Positions 38,767-48,406 are shown, counted from the stretch's first letter. The stretch is DNA of 64,000 bases from a bacterium (GCA_038128225.1 JAYPJF010000002.1:191751-255750); one strand, 5' to 3'. A program made the numbers and translations. Notes: generated from the sequence alone by a model not told the origin.

Positions 38767-39390
38767 TCACACAAGAAGCGCGACGTGCTCAAGTAATATT
38801 TTTGCCGAGGCACCTGTTTGCGTCAGGTATCGCTTTGCATCATACACGGCGCGCATTGCACTAGGTGCTGGTGACTTTTTCGCAAGCGCTGTTTCTAGTG
38901 CATTAAGAAACACAAGCGCCTGACTGGAGCCAAACGCGTCATCTCCGACCATTTCCTTGATTTGATCCAGGCGCTGCGTCTTGCTCGCGCTTAAAAAACC
39001 TGAAACATCAGGTGCGCTGCACGTTCCTTCCAGCATCTGTACGCGCGAACGAAATGTTGGCAAAAGCCGATCGGGCTGCAGTACAAAAAGGAAAAACTGA
39101 GAACTCGCGGGTTCTTCAAAAGTTTTGAGAAGTGTATTTTGGGCATCGGCACTCATTGTTCCAGCGCTCATAATAAAAATGTTTTTATCGTTCTGAAGTG
39201 GGTGTAAAAGAGCGCGATCGCGAAGTGCGCGAGCTTCGGTGACTCCGCACGACTCAACATGGTCGACGAAAAAATCAGGGCTCTGTGCTTCAATCACCTT
39301 TTCCTCAATGAGGTGCTCGCGTAACCGCTCTGCTTCCGCTCTGCCACCAGTGCCTATGTATGCATGATGTTCAAACGAAGTGGGCCACAT
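38767..39390 (-). CDS. holB: DNA polymerase III delta/delta' subunit-like clamp-loader protein
   Basis: NTLLKTFEEP and TFRSRVQ clamp-loader boxes. Shortened, with no intact Walker A. Confidence 0.6.
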   Translation of the reverse strand: MWPTSFEHHAYIGTGGRAEAERLREHLIEEKVIEAQSPDFFVDHVESCGVTEARALRDRALLHPLQNDKNIFIMSAGTMSADAQNTLLKTFEEPASSQFFLFVLQPDRLLPTFRSRVQMLEGTCSAPDVSGFLSASKTQRLDQIKEMVGDDAFGSSQALVFLNALETALAKKSPAPSAMRAVYDAKRYLTQTGASAKILLEHVALLV

Positions 39391-39470
39391 GGGTACAGTG
39401 TACCAAAAGAGGCACCCCCGCAGCTGCGGGGGTGTCGAATTCTCGCCAGGAACGACAAATTCTTCTTTTT

Positions 39471-39788
39471 CTAGGATCCGGGCCGCACTTTCGTTGTCTC
39501 GTCACGCTTGATCACGAAGCCTGGCGGGCATAGCCAGAGTTTCTCAGTCTCCTCGTAAACGCAGCGCCCGTCATCCTTTTCGGCTCTGACGATGCTGCTG
39601 GAGGACAGCCAATTCAATCTCATGACGTACTTGACGCCATTAGGGCATACCCATTCCTCCGTTTCGCCTCCGATCAGTTTCCAGTAAACGTACGTACACA
39701 CCTCCACATTGAGTCCTGTTACAACAGGTTCCTCTGCAGACGCCGCAGTGGCGGCGAGCGCAAACGCCAGTGCAAGAGTGTTCCTCAT
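39471..39788 (-). CDS. Hypothetical small secreted protein with four Cys
   Basis: Signal peptide MRNTLALAFALAATAASA. CxxxYW...C...C...C pattern. Confidence 0.35.
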   Translation of the reverse strand: MRNTLALAFALAATAASAEEPVVTGLNVEVCTYVYWKLIGGETEEWVCPNGVKYVMRLNWLSSSSIVRAEKDDGRCVYEETEKLWLCPPGFVIKRDETTKVRPGS

Positions 39789-39935
39789 TTTTTCCTCCTT
39801 CTATCCCAGCCAACGGGTACTTTACAACTGTCTGCACTTATATCAAATGCATGCGTCCAGCTCACCTACACACGTCTACAAGCTTTAGTGCCAAACATTT
39901 CAAGGTAGTAAATAGAGGACGACTCAAAAATCTAT

Positions 39936-40946
39936 TTATCTTTTGGAAATAACCGCCTTTTTATATACGTCGAGGTGTTTGATTGCCTCGCCTGTTCCCT
40001 TCGCAACACAATATTGTGGATCTTTTGCGATACGCGCTTTCACTCCCGTGCGCCGATAAACTAATTCAGCAAAATGGCGCAACTGCGAGGAACCACCAGT
40101 CATAATAATGCCCTGGTCGATAATATCGGCGGAAAGTTCGGGAGGGGTTTCTTGCAGCACGTCTTTCATTGCGCCAATCATCTGCCGCAACTCTTTACTT
40201 ATCGCTCGTACTACTTCATTTGTTCCCAACTCAACTGAACGCGGAAGGCCGGTGAGATAGTCGCGCCCTTTCACCTGCATGGTCAACTCTTCTTCAAGCG
40301 GCACCGCAGAACCGATCGTGATTTTAATATTTTCTGCCATCTTGTCGCCAATCGCGATGTTATGCGTTTTCTTCACATAATCTGCGATTGCATGATCAAT
40401 GCGGTTCCCTGCACACTTTACTGACGTTGAAGCAACGATGCCTCCAAGCGAGATCACCGCAACATCGGTCGTTCCGCCACCAATATCAACCACCATATGC
40501 CCGCGCGCTTCATAAATAGGAATCCCCGCGCCGATTGCGGCGAGGATTGGTTCTTTCACCACAAACGCTTCACGCGCGCCTGCTTTCGTTGCAGCCTCCA
40601 CAACCGCGCGCCGCTCAGTTGATGTCACCCCTGCCGGTACTGAAATAAGCACTTCGGGTTTAAAAAAATTAAATCGCCCGAGCGCTTTTCCCATGTAATA
40701 GCGGAGCATCGCTTCGGTGACACGGTAGTCTGCAATAACTCCGTCTTTCATTGGTCGATACGCGATGATGTCGTCAGGCGTGCGCCCTATCATCTCTTTT
40801 GCCTCGTTCCCTACGGCCAAAATCTTGTTGTCTTTCGACACCGCGACTACCGACGGCTCGTTGAGCACGATGCCTTTGCCAGGAGAAAAAACGAGTACCG
40901 TGGTGGTACCGAGGTCAATGCCGAGCTTTGGATTGAGCCGAAACAC
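39936..40946 (-). CDS. MreB-like actin homolog (second paralog)
   Basis: GIDLGTTTVLVF and DIGGGTTD motifs. GTG start at 40946 chosen because a strong terminator hairpin sits inside the longer ATG-started ORF. Confidence 0.8.
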   Translation of the reverse strand: MFRLNPKLGIDLGTTTVLVFSPGKGIVLNEPSVVAVSKDNKILAVGNEAKEMIGRTPDDIIAYRPMKDGVIADYRVTEAMLRYYMGKALGRFNFFKPEVLISVPAGVTSTERRAVVEAATKAGAREAFVVKEPILAAIGAGIPIYEARGHMVVDIGGGTTDVAVISLGGIVASTSVKCAGNRIDHAIADYVKKTHNIAIGDKMAENIKITIGSAVPLEEELTMQVKGRDYLTGLPRSVELGTNEVVRAISKELRQMIGAMKDVLQETPPELSADIIDQGIIMTGGSSQLRHFAELVYRRTGVKARIAKDPQYCVAKGTGEAIKHLDVYKKAVISKR

Positions 40947-40965
40947 TGGAGCATTGTAGGAGAGA

Positions 40966-41003
40966 TTGCAAAAAATGAAAGCCGCCCACGTCCGTGGGCG
41001 GCT
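40966..41003 (-). terminator. Rho-independent terminator (minus strand) for the gene at 41014-41268
   Basis: agccgcccacg-tc-cgtgggcggct 11-bp stem followed on the minus strand by TTTCATTTTTTG. Confidence 0.7.
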
Positions 41004-41013
41004 CTTGAAAAAA

Positions 41014-41268
41014 TCACTCTTTCCCCTCACCTACACTCCGATGCTTCATACGTGCCGCCTTAAGGGCATACCCCTGGGCTTGGTCTAGATGCACTTTCGC
41101 ACCAAGCGCGTATCCTTCCGCGATTGCATCCATGCCTGCCTTCTTAAGACTCGCGACCTGCAGTAAACTTTCAGCCCAACAAAGCAGTTGAAATCCTGCG
41201 AGATCAACATACTCCTCGTAACCAGGTTTGGCTTTCTTTGCTGATGCCCGTTTTGACTTTCGCGCCAT
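41014..41268 (-). CDS. Hypothetical small basic protein
   Basis: ORF with Lys/Arg-rich N-terminus and its own terminator. Confidence 0.35.
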   Translation of the reverse strand: MARKSKRASAKKAKPGYEEYVDLAGFQLLCWAESLLQVASLKKAGMDAIAEGYALGAKVHLDQAQGYALKAARMKHRSVGEGKE

Positions 41269-41294
41269 CCCATGCTCCTTGCTGGATTACGGCG

Positions 41295-41498
41295 TCAGCA
41301 CCGTTCCACCAAAAAATCCCCGCTCCGTGTAGCCAACTCCGCCTCGTAGCGCTTCGCCACTTTCTCGCACTGATCGGCGCAGTCGCCCTTGCCGCTTCCG
41401 CGAGCCGAGGAGGCACGCCGACGATACACGCGGATACGTTCCTCGAGCTGCCCTTTGGCAAGATTGGCGAGCACTGTGTCGAGCGAATCCATTTCCAT
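41295..41498 (-). CDS. Hypothetical small protein
   Basis: ORF only. An alternative overlapping frame exists at 41287-41541. Confidence 0.2.
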   Translation of the reverse strand: MEMDSLDTVLANLAKGQLEERIRVYRRRASSARGSGKGDCADQCEKVAKRYEAELATRSGDFLVERC

Positions 41499-41560
41499 TG
41501 TTTATTCCTTTCTCTACCTCCGCTAGTGCGCGATAGTACAATCTTATCTCTACTTGTCAA

Positions 41561-41842
41561 TTATCTATCCCCACGCCCATTTTTGAGTTTCCCCTTCACT
41601 TCCCACCAAAACTTTTTAGAAAAGTTCTTTGCGTCCTTGCAAACGCTTTGAAGATAGTACAGATCTTTGGTCGGAATCCCTTGGAGCATATACCCCATGC
41701 GCGCTATCGTTATCTTCGGAAGTCCATCTTGAACGCGCGAAACGTTCAGTTCCGCGCAAAAATAGCGCAGTAGCTCTCCGCGCTCTGTTTCTTTTCCCTG
41801 TGCAAGCGCCCGCTGTTTCAGAATATCTTTGATGTGCTTCAT
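41561..41842 (-). CDS. Hypothetical protein
   Basis: ORF; start chosen at MKHIKDIL. Confidence 0.3.
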   Translation of the reverse strand: MKHIKDILKQRALAQGKETERGELLRYFCAELNVSRVQDGLPKITIARMGYMLQGIPTKDLYYLQSVCKDAKNFSKKFWWEVKGKLKNGRGDR

Positions 41843-41884
41843 GTTTCCTTTCGCTCCCGTACACCGTATAGTAATAATACTTGT

Positions 41885-42409
41885 ATGATCGTAAAAGCCC
41901 CGCATGCAGTATTGCGCACCGTTGCCCAAACAGTTGATCTCCTAGAACTCAAAACGGCCAAGTTTAAGGCACTTGTCACCACAATGAAAAAAGCTCTGCA
42001 CGCCGCTCAGTACGGCGTTGCAATCGCCGCACCACAGATTGGAGAATCAAAAAGAATCTTTGTGGTCGCAGGGCACGTATACGCTGCGCGCGCAAAAGAA
42101 GAATACGACCCTAAAAAACACCTCGACCATGTTTTTGTAAACCCCGAAATAATTTCCCGCTCAAAAAAAGTATCAAAGAAGCACGAAGGATGCTTGTCAG
42201 TTGAGAGCGAAAACGGGCGTATGCTCTGGGGCGACGTACCGCGCGCCGAAAAAGTTACATTAAAAGCTTTTGACCACGAAGGTACAGCACTGCGCATTGG
42301 CACCTCGGGGCTCCTTGCACAAATCTTCCAACACGAAGTCGATCATTTGAATGGAATTTTATATGTGGACCACGTAGACGTACTGTATGAGGAAAAACCA
42401 AGCGAATAA
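41885..42409 (+). CDS. def: Peptide deformylase
   Basis: EGCLSV and HEVDHLNG metal-binding motifs. Confidence 0.9.
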   Translation: MIVKAPHAVLRTVAQTVDLLELKTAKFKALVTTMKKALHAAQYGVAIAAPQIGESKRIFVVAGHVYAARAKEEYDPKKHLDHVFVNPEIISRSKKVSKKHEGCLSVESENGRMLWGDVPRAEKVTLKAFDHEGTALRIGTSGLLAQIFQHEVDHLNGILYVDHVDVLYEEKPSE

Positions 42410-43280
42410 AGACATCCGGTTTATCTTTTTCGGAACACCAGATATTGCGGTGACCGCACTCGAAGCTCTTGCCGAAAGTAACTTACTTCCAGCACTTATC
42501 ATCACGCAGCCCGATGCGCCGAAAGGCCGCGGCCGCATCATGACCGCGCCGCCGGTTAAGACATGGGCGCAACAACACGGGATTGATGTATTGCAACCAG
42601 AAAAAATAACTCACGATGTCGCGGCTGAACTTCACAATACAGAATGGGACGTGTTTGTCGTTGTGGCATATGGCGCCCTCTTACCACAAAGTCTTCTCGA
42701 TATTCCGCGACACGGTGTTCTTAATATGCACCCCTCGCTTCTTCCGCGCCTGCGCGGCCCTTCGCCTATTCAGTCGGCAATTCTTATGGACGAACGCACG
42801 GTTGGAGTTTCGATAATGCTTTTGGACGAAAAAATGGATCATGGAGCTGTCCTTACACAGGCACGCGTAGAACTAGATGAGTGGCCACCGGGAGCGCGTC
42901 TTCTGGAAGGAATTCTTGCTCAAGAAGGATCATCACTCCTTGCGGAAACATTGCCACAGTGGGTCGCGGGTGACATCAATGCAGTGCCGCAAAATGACAA
43001 TGAAGCCACGTTTTGCGAAATGATTGAAAAGGAAGACGCGCTGATTTCATTTTCTGACGCTCCATACCTCAACCTGTTGAAAATACGCGCCTTCGAGGTT
43101 TGGCCCGTTGCGTATACTTTTTTTAAACGGGGCGATCGTACTATACGGGTACAGCTTCTCAGTGCCCATATGGAAGATGAGCAACTTGTCATCGATTCGG
43201 TGAAACCTGAGGGTAAAAGTGAAATGGCATATGCGGATTTTTTGCGCTCAGGAGCAGCTCCGCTTGACAATATGAACTGA
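42387..43280 (+). CDS. fmt: Methionyl-tRNA formyltransferase
   Basis: N-terminal formyltransferase domain with HPSLLP and C-terminal domain. Located downstream of def. Confidence 0.9.
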   Translation: MRKNQANKDIRFIFFGTPDIAVTALEALAESNLLPALIITQPDAPKGRGRIMTAPPVKTWAQQHGIDVLQPEKITHDVAAELHNTEWDVFVVVAYGALLPQSLLDIPRHGVLNMHPSLLPRLRGPSPIQSAILMDERTVGVSIMLLDEKMDHGAVLTQARVELDEWPPGARLLEGILAQEGSSLLAETLPQWVAGDINAVPQNDNEATFCEMIEKEDALISFSDAPYLNLLKIRAFEVWPVAYTFFKRGDRTIRVQLLSAHMEDEQLVIDSVKPEGKSEMAYADFLRSGAAPLDNMN

Positions 43281-43431
43281 AACAGTATAGTCTCCAGTAG
43301 TGAAAGCGGTGGTAGCCCACTCCTCCCGGGCAACCACCACAGCTCCTCCTCGCAAATTAGGCGAGGAGGAGCACTAACCGCTGCAGATTGTCCCTCTGCA
43401 GCGACAGTCGGAGCCCACTCCGACTGAGGCG

Positions 43432-43471
43432 CGGCCAGCTTCTCCCCCCGAGAGCTGGCCGCATCTTTTTA
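43432..43471 (+). terminator. Rho-independent terminator of the def-fmt operon
   Basis: gcggccagc...gctggccgc stem followed by ATCTTTTT. Confidence 0.65.
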
Positions 43472-43482
43472 TCACTCAGCAG

Positions 43483-43848
43483 CTAGGAACCAAACCGCAA
43501 CCACTCTTTTAGCTTTGCGCCTCCACGCCGCAGTAAGTTGTCGTCTTTTTTGTTTGTTCGTCGAAGAATGTGCATCATCTCGTCTTTCGCTTCATCCACC
43601 GCCGCATTAATGGTTTCTCCGCGCGCCTCGGCACGATAAAATTCGCCTGCAATGCGCAAATTAATTTCCACGCGCCACACATTCCCGTGCGCCCCTGTTG
43701 TTTCGCGCCCCACTTCCACATCGCATTTCACCGCTTCTTCGTCAGCGCGTATGAGTTTTGAAAGTGCACCGAGCTTGTCCTCAATATACTGCCGCGCTTC
43801 TGTGGTGAGCTCATAATGCGTACCTTTAATATTTGGAATGACTGTCAT
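43483..43848 (-). CDS. hpf: Ribosome hibernation promoting factor / RaiA (S30AE family)
   Basis: 121 aa with S30AE fold signatures (NIKGTHYELT..ARQYIEDKL). Confidence 0.8.
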   Translation of the reverse strand: MTVIPNIKGTHYELTTEARQYIEDKLGALSKLIRADEEAVKCDVEVGRETTGAHGNVWRVEINLRIAGEFYRAEARGETINAAVDEAKDEMMHILRRTNKKDDNLLRRGGAKLKEWLRFGS

Positions 43849-44111
43849 ATGCGCATGGTAACACTCAAAATCTTGCGACGCGAGGTGTGCCCCCTACTAA
43901 TGCGCACTGCCGTAACAGGCACACCAAAATGGAGTGCAATCAACTCACGGACTCGCGTATTTGCGTAATTGCCCGAAGCTTTCTCTTTTACACGAACAGC
44001 AAAAAAATCCTTATACTCGCGGAGGCGCTCGTTACGCGCTCCTGCGACCACTTCCACAGTGATTTCACGCGTATGTGTTTTTGAGATGAGCGATGATTGC
44101 CTCCGATTCAT
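43845..44111 (-). CDS. DUF167 (YggU/UPF0235) family protein
   Basis: VEVVAGARNERL...VRVKEKASGNYANTRV...VRISRGHTSRRKIL matches the YggU pattern. Confidence 0.6.
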   Translation of the reverse strand: MNRRQSSLISKTHTREITVEVVAGARNERLREYKDFFAVRVKEKASGNYANTRVRELIALHFGVPVTAVRISRGHTSRRKILSVTMRI

Positions 44112-44295
44112 ACATTTCTGTATTGTGCTCGGTATCTACTAAATAAGGCGTCTGAAGCTTACCCCCTCGCTTGAGAAGTTCCGCCTCCACCGCAGGGTCT
44201 GCAATATTTTTTAGCGTCAGTGCAACATGTAATTCGGCGGCGAGCTCGAGTACGTCCGCCGAGTGCGGGCAGCCAATTTTCACAAATAATTCCAT
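44065..44295 (-). CDS. Glutaredoxin-like (thioredoxin-fold) protein
   Basis: 76 aa with GCPHS active-site-like motif and a TPYL(V) cis-Pro region. Confidence 0.5.
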   Translation of the reverse strand: MELFVKIGCPHSADVLELAAELHVALTLKNIADPAVEAELLKRGGKLQTPYLVDTEHNTEMYESEAIIAHLKNTYA

Positions 44296-44297
44296 GT

Positions 44298-44933
44298 CTA
44301 TTTTCGCGCGTACGTACCGATGAGAGAAGTCTCTTGCAAAATATGTCCTTCCATGGCTGCAAGCACCTCGGTTTTTGTACTTCCCTCCGGCACGTCAAGC
44401 ATCCCATCAAGCGCGTATAACGTGAACACGTACCGATGCTCTTGAGGATCGTATTGTGAGGGCGGACACGGCCCGGCGTACGCTTGTGCGTTATTCGAAC
44501 TTACACCCATACGCGCAAGAGGCTTTGAGTTTTCGCCAATCACCGTTGTTGAAACCGGGAGATTGAACAAAACCCAATGATCATACACGGCAATTCCTCG
44601 CTCCTTTTTGATCGCTTCGGGAATATCAGGATCTTCCATCAAAAGAACGAGAGATTGTGCATTAGCAGGAACGCCCGAAATTGAAAGCGGTGGATTGACA
44701 CCTTCGCCATCGCACGTGTAGCGCGCTGGTATTGCAGTATTATGCTCAAACGCTGAACTTGTTAGCTCAAAACGTGCCTCAGATGCTTGCGCCATAGATT
44801 CAGTATTGCCGATGTCGGTGAAAAGCATATTAGCTTCCTGTTGAATAGGGCTGTTCGGTTTTACGAGCACATAGAAAAAAAGTGCGACTGCGCCGAGCAT
44901 AAACACGAGCGCTACAGTCCATAAGACCCGCAT
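44298..44933 (-). CDS. YbhB/YbcL family Raf-kinase-inhibitor-like (PEBP) protein
   Basis: PEBP signatures (DPDIPEA..HWVLFNLP...GPCPP..HRYVFTLYALD). N-terminal TM helix. Confidence 0.8.
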   Translation of the reverse strand: MRVLWTVALVFMLGAVALFFYVLVKPNSPIQQEANMLFTDIGNTESMAQASEARFELTSSAFEHNTAIPARYTCDGEGVNPPLSISGVPANAQSLVLLMEDPDIPEAIKKERGIAVYDHWVLFNLPVSTTVIGENSKPLARMGVSSNNAQAYAGPCPPSQYDPQEHRYVFTLYALDGMLDVPEGSTKTEVLAAMEGHILQETSLIGTYARK

Positions 44934-45040
44934 GTAAAAACTATACCATGCAAAATTGCAATGCGAGACTAAAAAAGGTACAGTTTGCTCGTGCCTGCGG
45001 GCACTGTTGTTTTAAGGACTGGCTCCGGCCAGCAATATAT

Positions 45041-45113
45041 TCCGCGGTAGCTCAGTCGGTAGAGCGGCTCGCTGTTAACGAGTTGGTCGTAGGTTCGAAT
45101 CCTACCCGCGGAG
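45041..45113 (+). tRNA. tRNA-Asn (anticodon GTT); CCA is encoded at 45114-45116
   Basis: TCCGCGG/CCGCGGA acceptor, anticodon loop CTGTTAA and T-loop GGTTCGAATCC. Confidence 0.85.
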
Positions 45114-46814
45114 CCAGTTAGGAATAGAGGCGGCGAAAGCTGCCTCTTTCCTTTTGGTGTAGCCCTTCTTTTCAGGTTCGAGCGTAGCAAGTAGCTGTTT
45201 CTGGTCCCGAAGCTCGTTTTCAATGAGCAAATACGGGTGCAGCCTTTCAATGCTTAGTTTTTTGTCCTTAAGGGTTAGGTTCGAGCCGATGGTTGAAAAT
45301 ATCTCCCGTTTCTTCTGTAACGGAGCGTCTTCGTTGAAATGTCTTTTCGCAAAGGCACAGAAATTGAACGTACGTTCAGCAACGGCGAGGTCATGGTCAA
45401 ACTTCTCTCTAGTACCACCCATTTCTTTTTCAATGCGCGTTCGCTCCGTGACTAAAGCTTTTTTCTCTTGAGCAAATTCATCGGGGGTATACAGCTCGTG
45501 GTGAGAATTCTGTGGTGAGGTAAATATCTTGCTCAAATTAGCAAGCCTTGTTTGGCAGTCATCATATGCCGCCTGAAGAGACACGCGCACCGTCTTCTCT
45601 TCTTTAGTAGAGGTCTTCTGCTTTTCCTGAAGGTAATCGAGGGCTAAGGTTAGGTAATCCTCATCAATGGTAATTTTCTCAAGCTCCTTGTTGAATTGTG
45701 ATTCTAGGTCTTCTACACGCACATGCTTTTGCGTGCAGTCCCGATTCTTTTTCTTGGTGCAGTGATAGTAAACATATTTCAAAATGACAGGATTCTGCAT
45801 TTCGGAAACGTCAGTCAAACATTTCGGGCAATCAGTCCTGTTTTGACTTGAAAACTTGAATTTGCAGTTTGAGCAAATAATCTGATTTTTCTCTTCAGCC
45901 GTGATGGTCGAATCACATTCACCGCAGCGCATTAGACCTGTGAAAGCGAACTCGTGGAGCTGCATTCGAGGCTTACCTTTCTTGCCTAAAAGAAGCTGCG
46001 CACGCTGATACTCCTTTTCAGTAATCATTGGAGGATGATTACCTTTTATCATTTTCTCTTCGCCAGTTTCAGGGTCTGTCCAAGGAAAATAGCCGTAATA
46101 AAAAGGGTCTTTTAGGATGTTGTACATGTGGCTCATCGTAGGAGGATTGCCACCAATCTTCCTGTGCTTGAGGGTTCTCAAGCCCCACTCGTTTATTGCA
46201 ATGTCACGAATCTTGGAAACAGGATAGCTTCCCGTAAGAAAGAGGTCCCATATTTTTCTCACCAACTCAAAACGTTCTGGGTCCGCAGCAATAGTTTTGC
46301 TGCCTTTTTCAGTGCCAACGTTGATATATCCAATCGGACCACCTGAAGGTCGCCAACCGCGTTGAGCTTTACTGTTCAAACCACGTTTAACAACTCTCGA
46401 AAGTCGCATGACGTAATCTGTCGCACGACCACTCTCTATACTCATCAGAAGCCCCGCGTCCTGCGGATAATACGAGCGTGTAGGAGTTTTTATAACTTTA
46501 ATAACCTCATTCTGCAGCATCCACTGGAGCCTGCCGCTATCAATGGGATTTCGAGAAAGACGGTCTACGTCCCAGCAAATTAGCGCGTTTGCCTCTTCGC
46601 GCTCGATACGCTCAAGCATTTGATTAAAGACACTTCGACCAGGGGCTTTCGCACTGCGCTCTTCAGTAAAAGGTTTTGCGACCAACACCAAACTCTCTCG
46701 CTCGCACTGCTTTTTGAGCGCTCCGATTTGGTCGTCTATGGATGCAATCTGGCGTTGAGAATCCTCGGAACTTTTACGACAGTATGCAAAGAATTTAAGA
46801 GTTTCCGTTTTCAT
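45102..46814 (-). CDS. Large serine recombinase (resolvase/invertase N-terminal domain, recombinase domain, zinc ribbon)
   Basis: YCRKSSEDSQRQ catalytic Ser motif. About 570 aa with a C-terminal Cys-rich zinc ribbon and coiled coil. Confidence 0.85.
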   Translation of the reverse strand: MKTETLKFFAYCRKSSEDSQRQIASIDDQIGALKKQCERESLVLVAKPFTEERSAKAPGRSVFNQMLERIEREEANALICWDVDRLSRNPIDSGRLQWMLQNEVIKVIKTPTRSYYPQDAGLLMSIESGRATDYVMRLSRVVKRGLNSKAQRGWRPSGGPIGYINVGTEKGSKTIAADPERFELVRKIWDLFLTGSYPVSKIRDIAINEWGLRTLKHRKIGGNPPTMSHMYNILKDPFYYGYFPWTDPETGEEKMIKGNHPPMITEKEYQRAQLLLGKKGKPRMQLHEFAFTGLMRCGECDSTITAEEKNQIICSNCKFKFSSQNRTDCPKCLTDVSEMQNPVILKYVYYHCTKKKNRDCTQKHVRVEDLESQFNKELEKITIDEDYLTLALDYLQEKQKTSTKEEKTVRVSLQAAYDDCQTRLANLSKIFTSPQNSHHELYTPDEFAQEKKALVTERTRIEKEMGGTREKFDHDLAVAERTFNFCAFAKRHFNEDAPLQKKREIFSTIGSNLTLKDKKLSIERLHPYLLIENELRDQKQLLATLEPEKKGYTKRKEAAFAASIPNWLRG

Positions 46815-46815
46815 A

Positions 46816-47067
46816 TCACCTCAAAAGAGAACGAATTTTTCCTGTAAGCTGCTGTAACTTAGTCTCAAGCTGAACAACATATTCCAAAAAAGAATCGTCC
46901 CGAAAGTACACACCGAAACATTTGGAGCATGCGTATTTTTCAGTACCCCAAATCCTCTTAAGTTTACAGGAAAGACAAGGTTTTTTCATGGCAATTTTGC
47001 TTGCTTTGTAATATGTGCTGCCAAGCTGCCAACCTGATTCCTTAAGGAAAGAAAAACAACTTGGCAA
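46816..47067 (-). CDS. Small zinc-finger protein (CxxC...CxxC)
   Basis: 83-aa ORF with two CxxC pairs, directly upstream of the recombinase. Confidence 0.35.
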   Translation of the reverse strand: MPSCFSFLKESGWQLGSTYYKASKIAMKKPCLSCKLKRIWGTEKYACSKCFGVYFRDDSFLEYVVQLETKLQQLTGKIRSLLR

Positions 47068-47082
47068 TTTGGCAATGGATTA

Positions 47083-48225
47083 TTAAATATCATCAAAAAT
47101 CGAATTTTCTTCTGTGGGAGATACTATCCCTGCAAGGGCTTCCTCCTCTTTAGGCAAGAAGTAGGAATTCTGCTTACCAACCTTTACGGAATTAATTTTG
47201 CCTAAAAGAACTAGCTCTCGAAGCGCCTGGCGAACATTCTTTTGACCCGCATCTTTTTTAGTGATTTCAAGTAGCTCGTTAGTTGTTCGCATCTCGCCTG
47301 AAGAGAGAACATCCAATATCAGGGATTTGGCGGTCTCTTTCTTGTTTGCATCTTCTTCAATTTCACCTAGGTAGTCGAACTTAAAGACAGTACGACCGTC
47401 CTCCACGCCATCGGTAATCTTCACCGCAAAAGGCTTTATTTCGCTCCCTAGGCGATTTTTACGCTGATAGAAGTGTGTCTCCCCAGACACTTCATCTTTC
47501 CTGAGCATGAGGAGTGTTTCTACACTCGCTACCTTGTCTTGAGAACCAAAAAGCTGCTCTTTTTTTGGTATTTTTCCTTCAAACTGCTGATTCTTGCGTA
47601 GGTGTTCTGTGAATATGACCGACACGCCAGAATTTTTCAGAATCTGGAACTTCTGGAAGAAATGCCGTACTTCTTCTGCCTTTTCTTCGCGCATCCCGCC
47701 TGTGGCAGGACGGAAGGTATCAATGATGAGAACATCAATTTTGTTCTTAAGGATATAGTTCAGAAGCCAACGGTATTTCTTATCTTCTTCGCCCGTACCG
47801 TTCAAATTAAAATCATCCTCATTGAGGATAAAAAGGTTTTCATTTGAAGGGTCAAATTTCATCATTCGACCTCGCCTCTGCATTTCGCTCACTGCCATTT
47901 CCAGATTTACATACAGAACTCTGCATTTTTCAGTTTTGAATCGTGTATCCCCAAACCAGGGTGTACCTGTTGTAAGGCACTCCGACAGATGCATTATGGC
48001 TATAGACTTTCCTTCACCAGAAACAGAAGCCACGATTGATACGCCTTCTTTTGGGAAAAGGTCTTTAACTAGCCATCGGTCATCTGGGAAAGAAAGCTTA
48101 TCTATGTCCGCCCAAAGCACAGGTTCAGGCTGTTTGCGTTCCTCGCGCACAAAATCCCATTCGCGCGGTGCGCCACCTAGACTTTCGATATGCTCTTCAA
48201 GCTTTTGCCATTTTTCTTCCTGCAT
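47083..48225 (-). CDS. RecA-like P-loop ATPase of the RepA/AAA_25 type with C-terminal winged-helix
   Basis: Walker A SGEGKS and Walker B DVLIIDT. Domain order typical of plasmid/ICE RepA-like helicase loaders. Confidence 0.55.
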   Translation of the reverse strand: MQEEKWQKLEEHIESLGGAPREWDFVREERKQPEPVLWADIDKLSFPDDRWLVKDLFPKEGVSIVASVSGEGKSIAIMHLSECLTTGTPWFGDTRFKTEKCRVLYVNLEMAVSEMQRRGRMMKFDPSNENLFILNEDDFNLNGTGEEDKKYRWLLNYILKNKIDVLIIDTFRPATGGMREEKAEEVRHFFQKFQILKNSGVSVIFTEHLRKNQQFEGKIPKKEQLFGSQDKVASVETLLMLRKDEVSGETHFYQRKNRLGSEIKPFAVKITDGVEDGRTVFKFDYLGEIEEDANKKETAKSLILDVLSSGEMRTTNELLEITKKDAGQKNVRQALRELVLLGKINSVKVGKQNSYFLPKEEEALAGIVSPTEENSIFDDI

Positions 48226-48406
48226 ACACTTTCGGCAGAATTACCTCGTCTGCCTTAAGGTGGCTCGTAATTGAACCGACCAGACAAACTAATTTTTCAA
48301 AATACTCAAGAGCCATCTCGTCAGAGATGGTTGTACGGTTTTTTATTTCGTAGAGCGCCTTAAACCTCTTGATGTATTTTTCTTTTTCGACCATGTGATG
48401 CGGCAT
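48197..48406 (-). CDS. Hypothetical small protein
   Basis: ORF only; overlaps the ATPase gene start. Confidence 0.25.
   Translation of the reverse strand: MPHHMVEKEKYIKRFKALYEIKNRTTISDEMALEYFEKLVCLVGSITSHLKADEVILPKVYAGRKMAKA

Noticed and set aside
39936-41030. Longer ATG-initiated form of the second MreB paralog (start at 41030)
   Set aside because: The extra 28 codons would be translated through an 11-bp GC hairpin plus T-run that terminates the upstream gene, and they are not actin-like. GTG at 40946 gives a canonical MreB N-terminus.
43300-43330. GTGAAAGCGGTGGTAGCCCAC, which resembles the conserved GGUGAAACGGUGGGGUAAGAGCCCACC segment of RNase P RNA
   Set aside because: Only 200 nt are available between the flanking genes, and the other universal RNase P motifs (GGAAAGUCC, ACAGAAA) are absent. 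It is more likely a coincidental hairpin.
45041-45116. tRNA-Asn as a possible pseudogene disrupted by integration
   Set aside because: A full cloverleaf with encoded CCA folds cleanly. The element supplies the 3' end intact.
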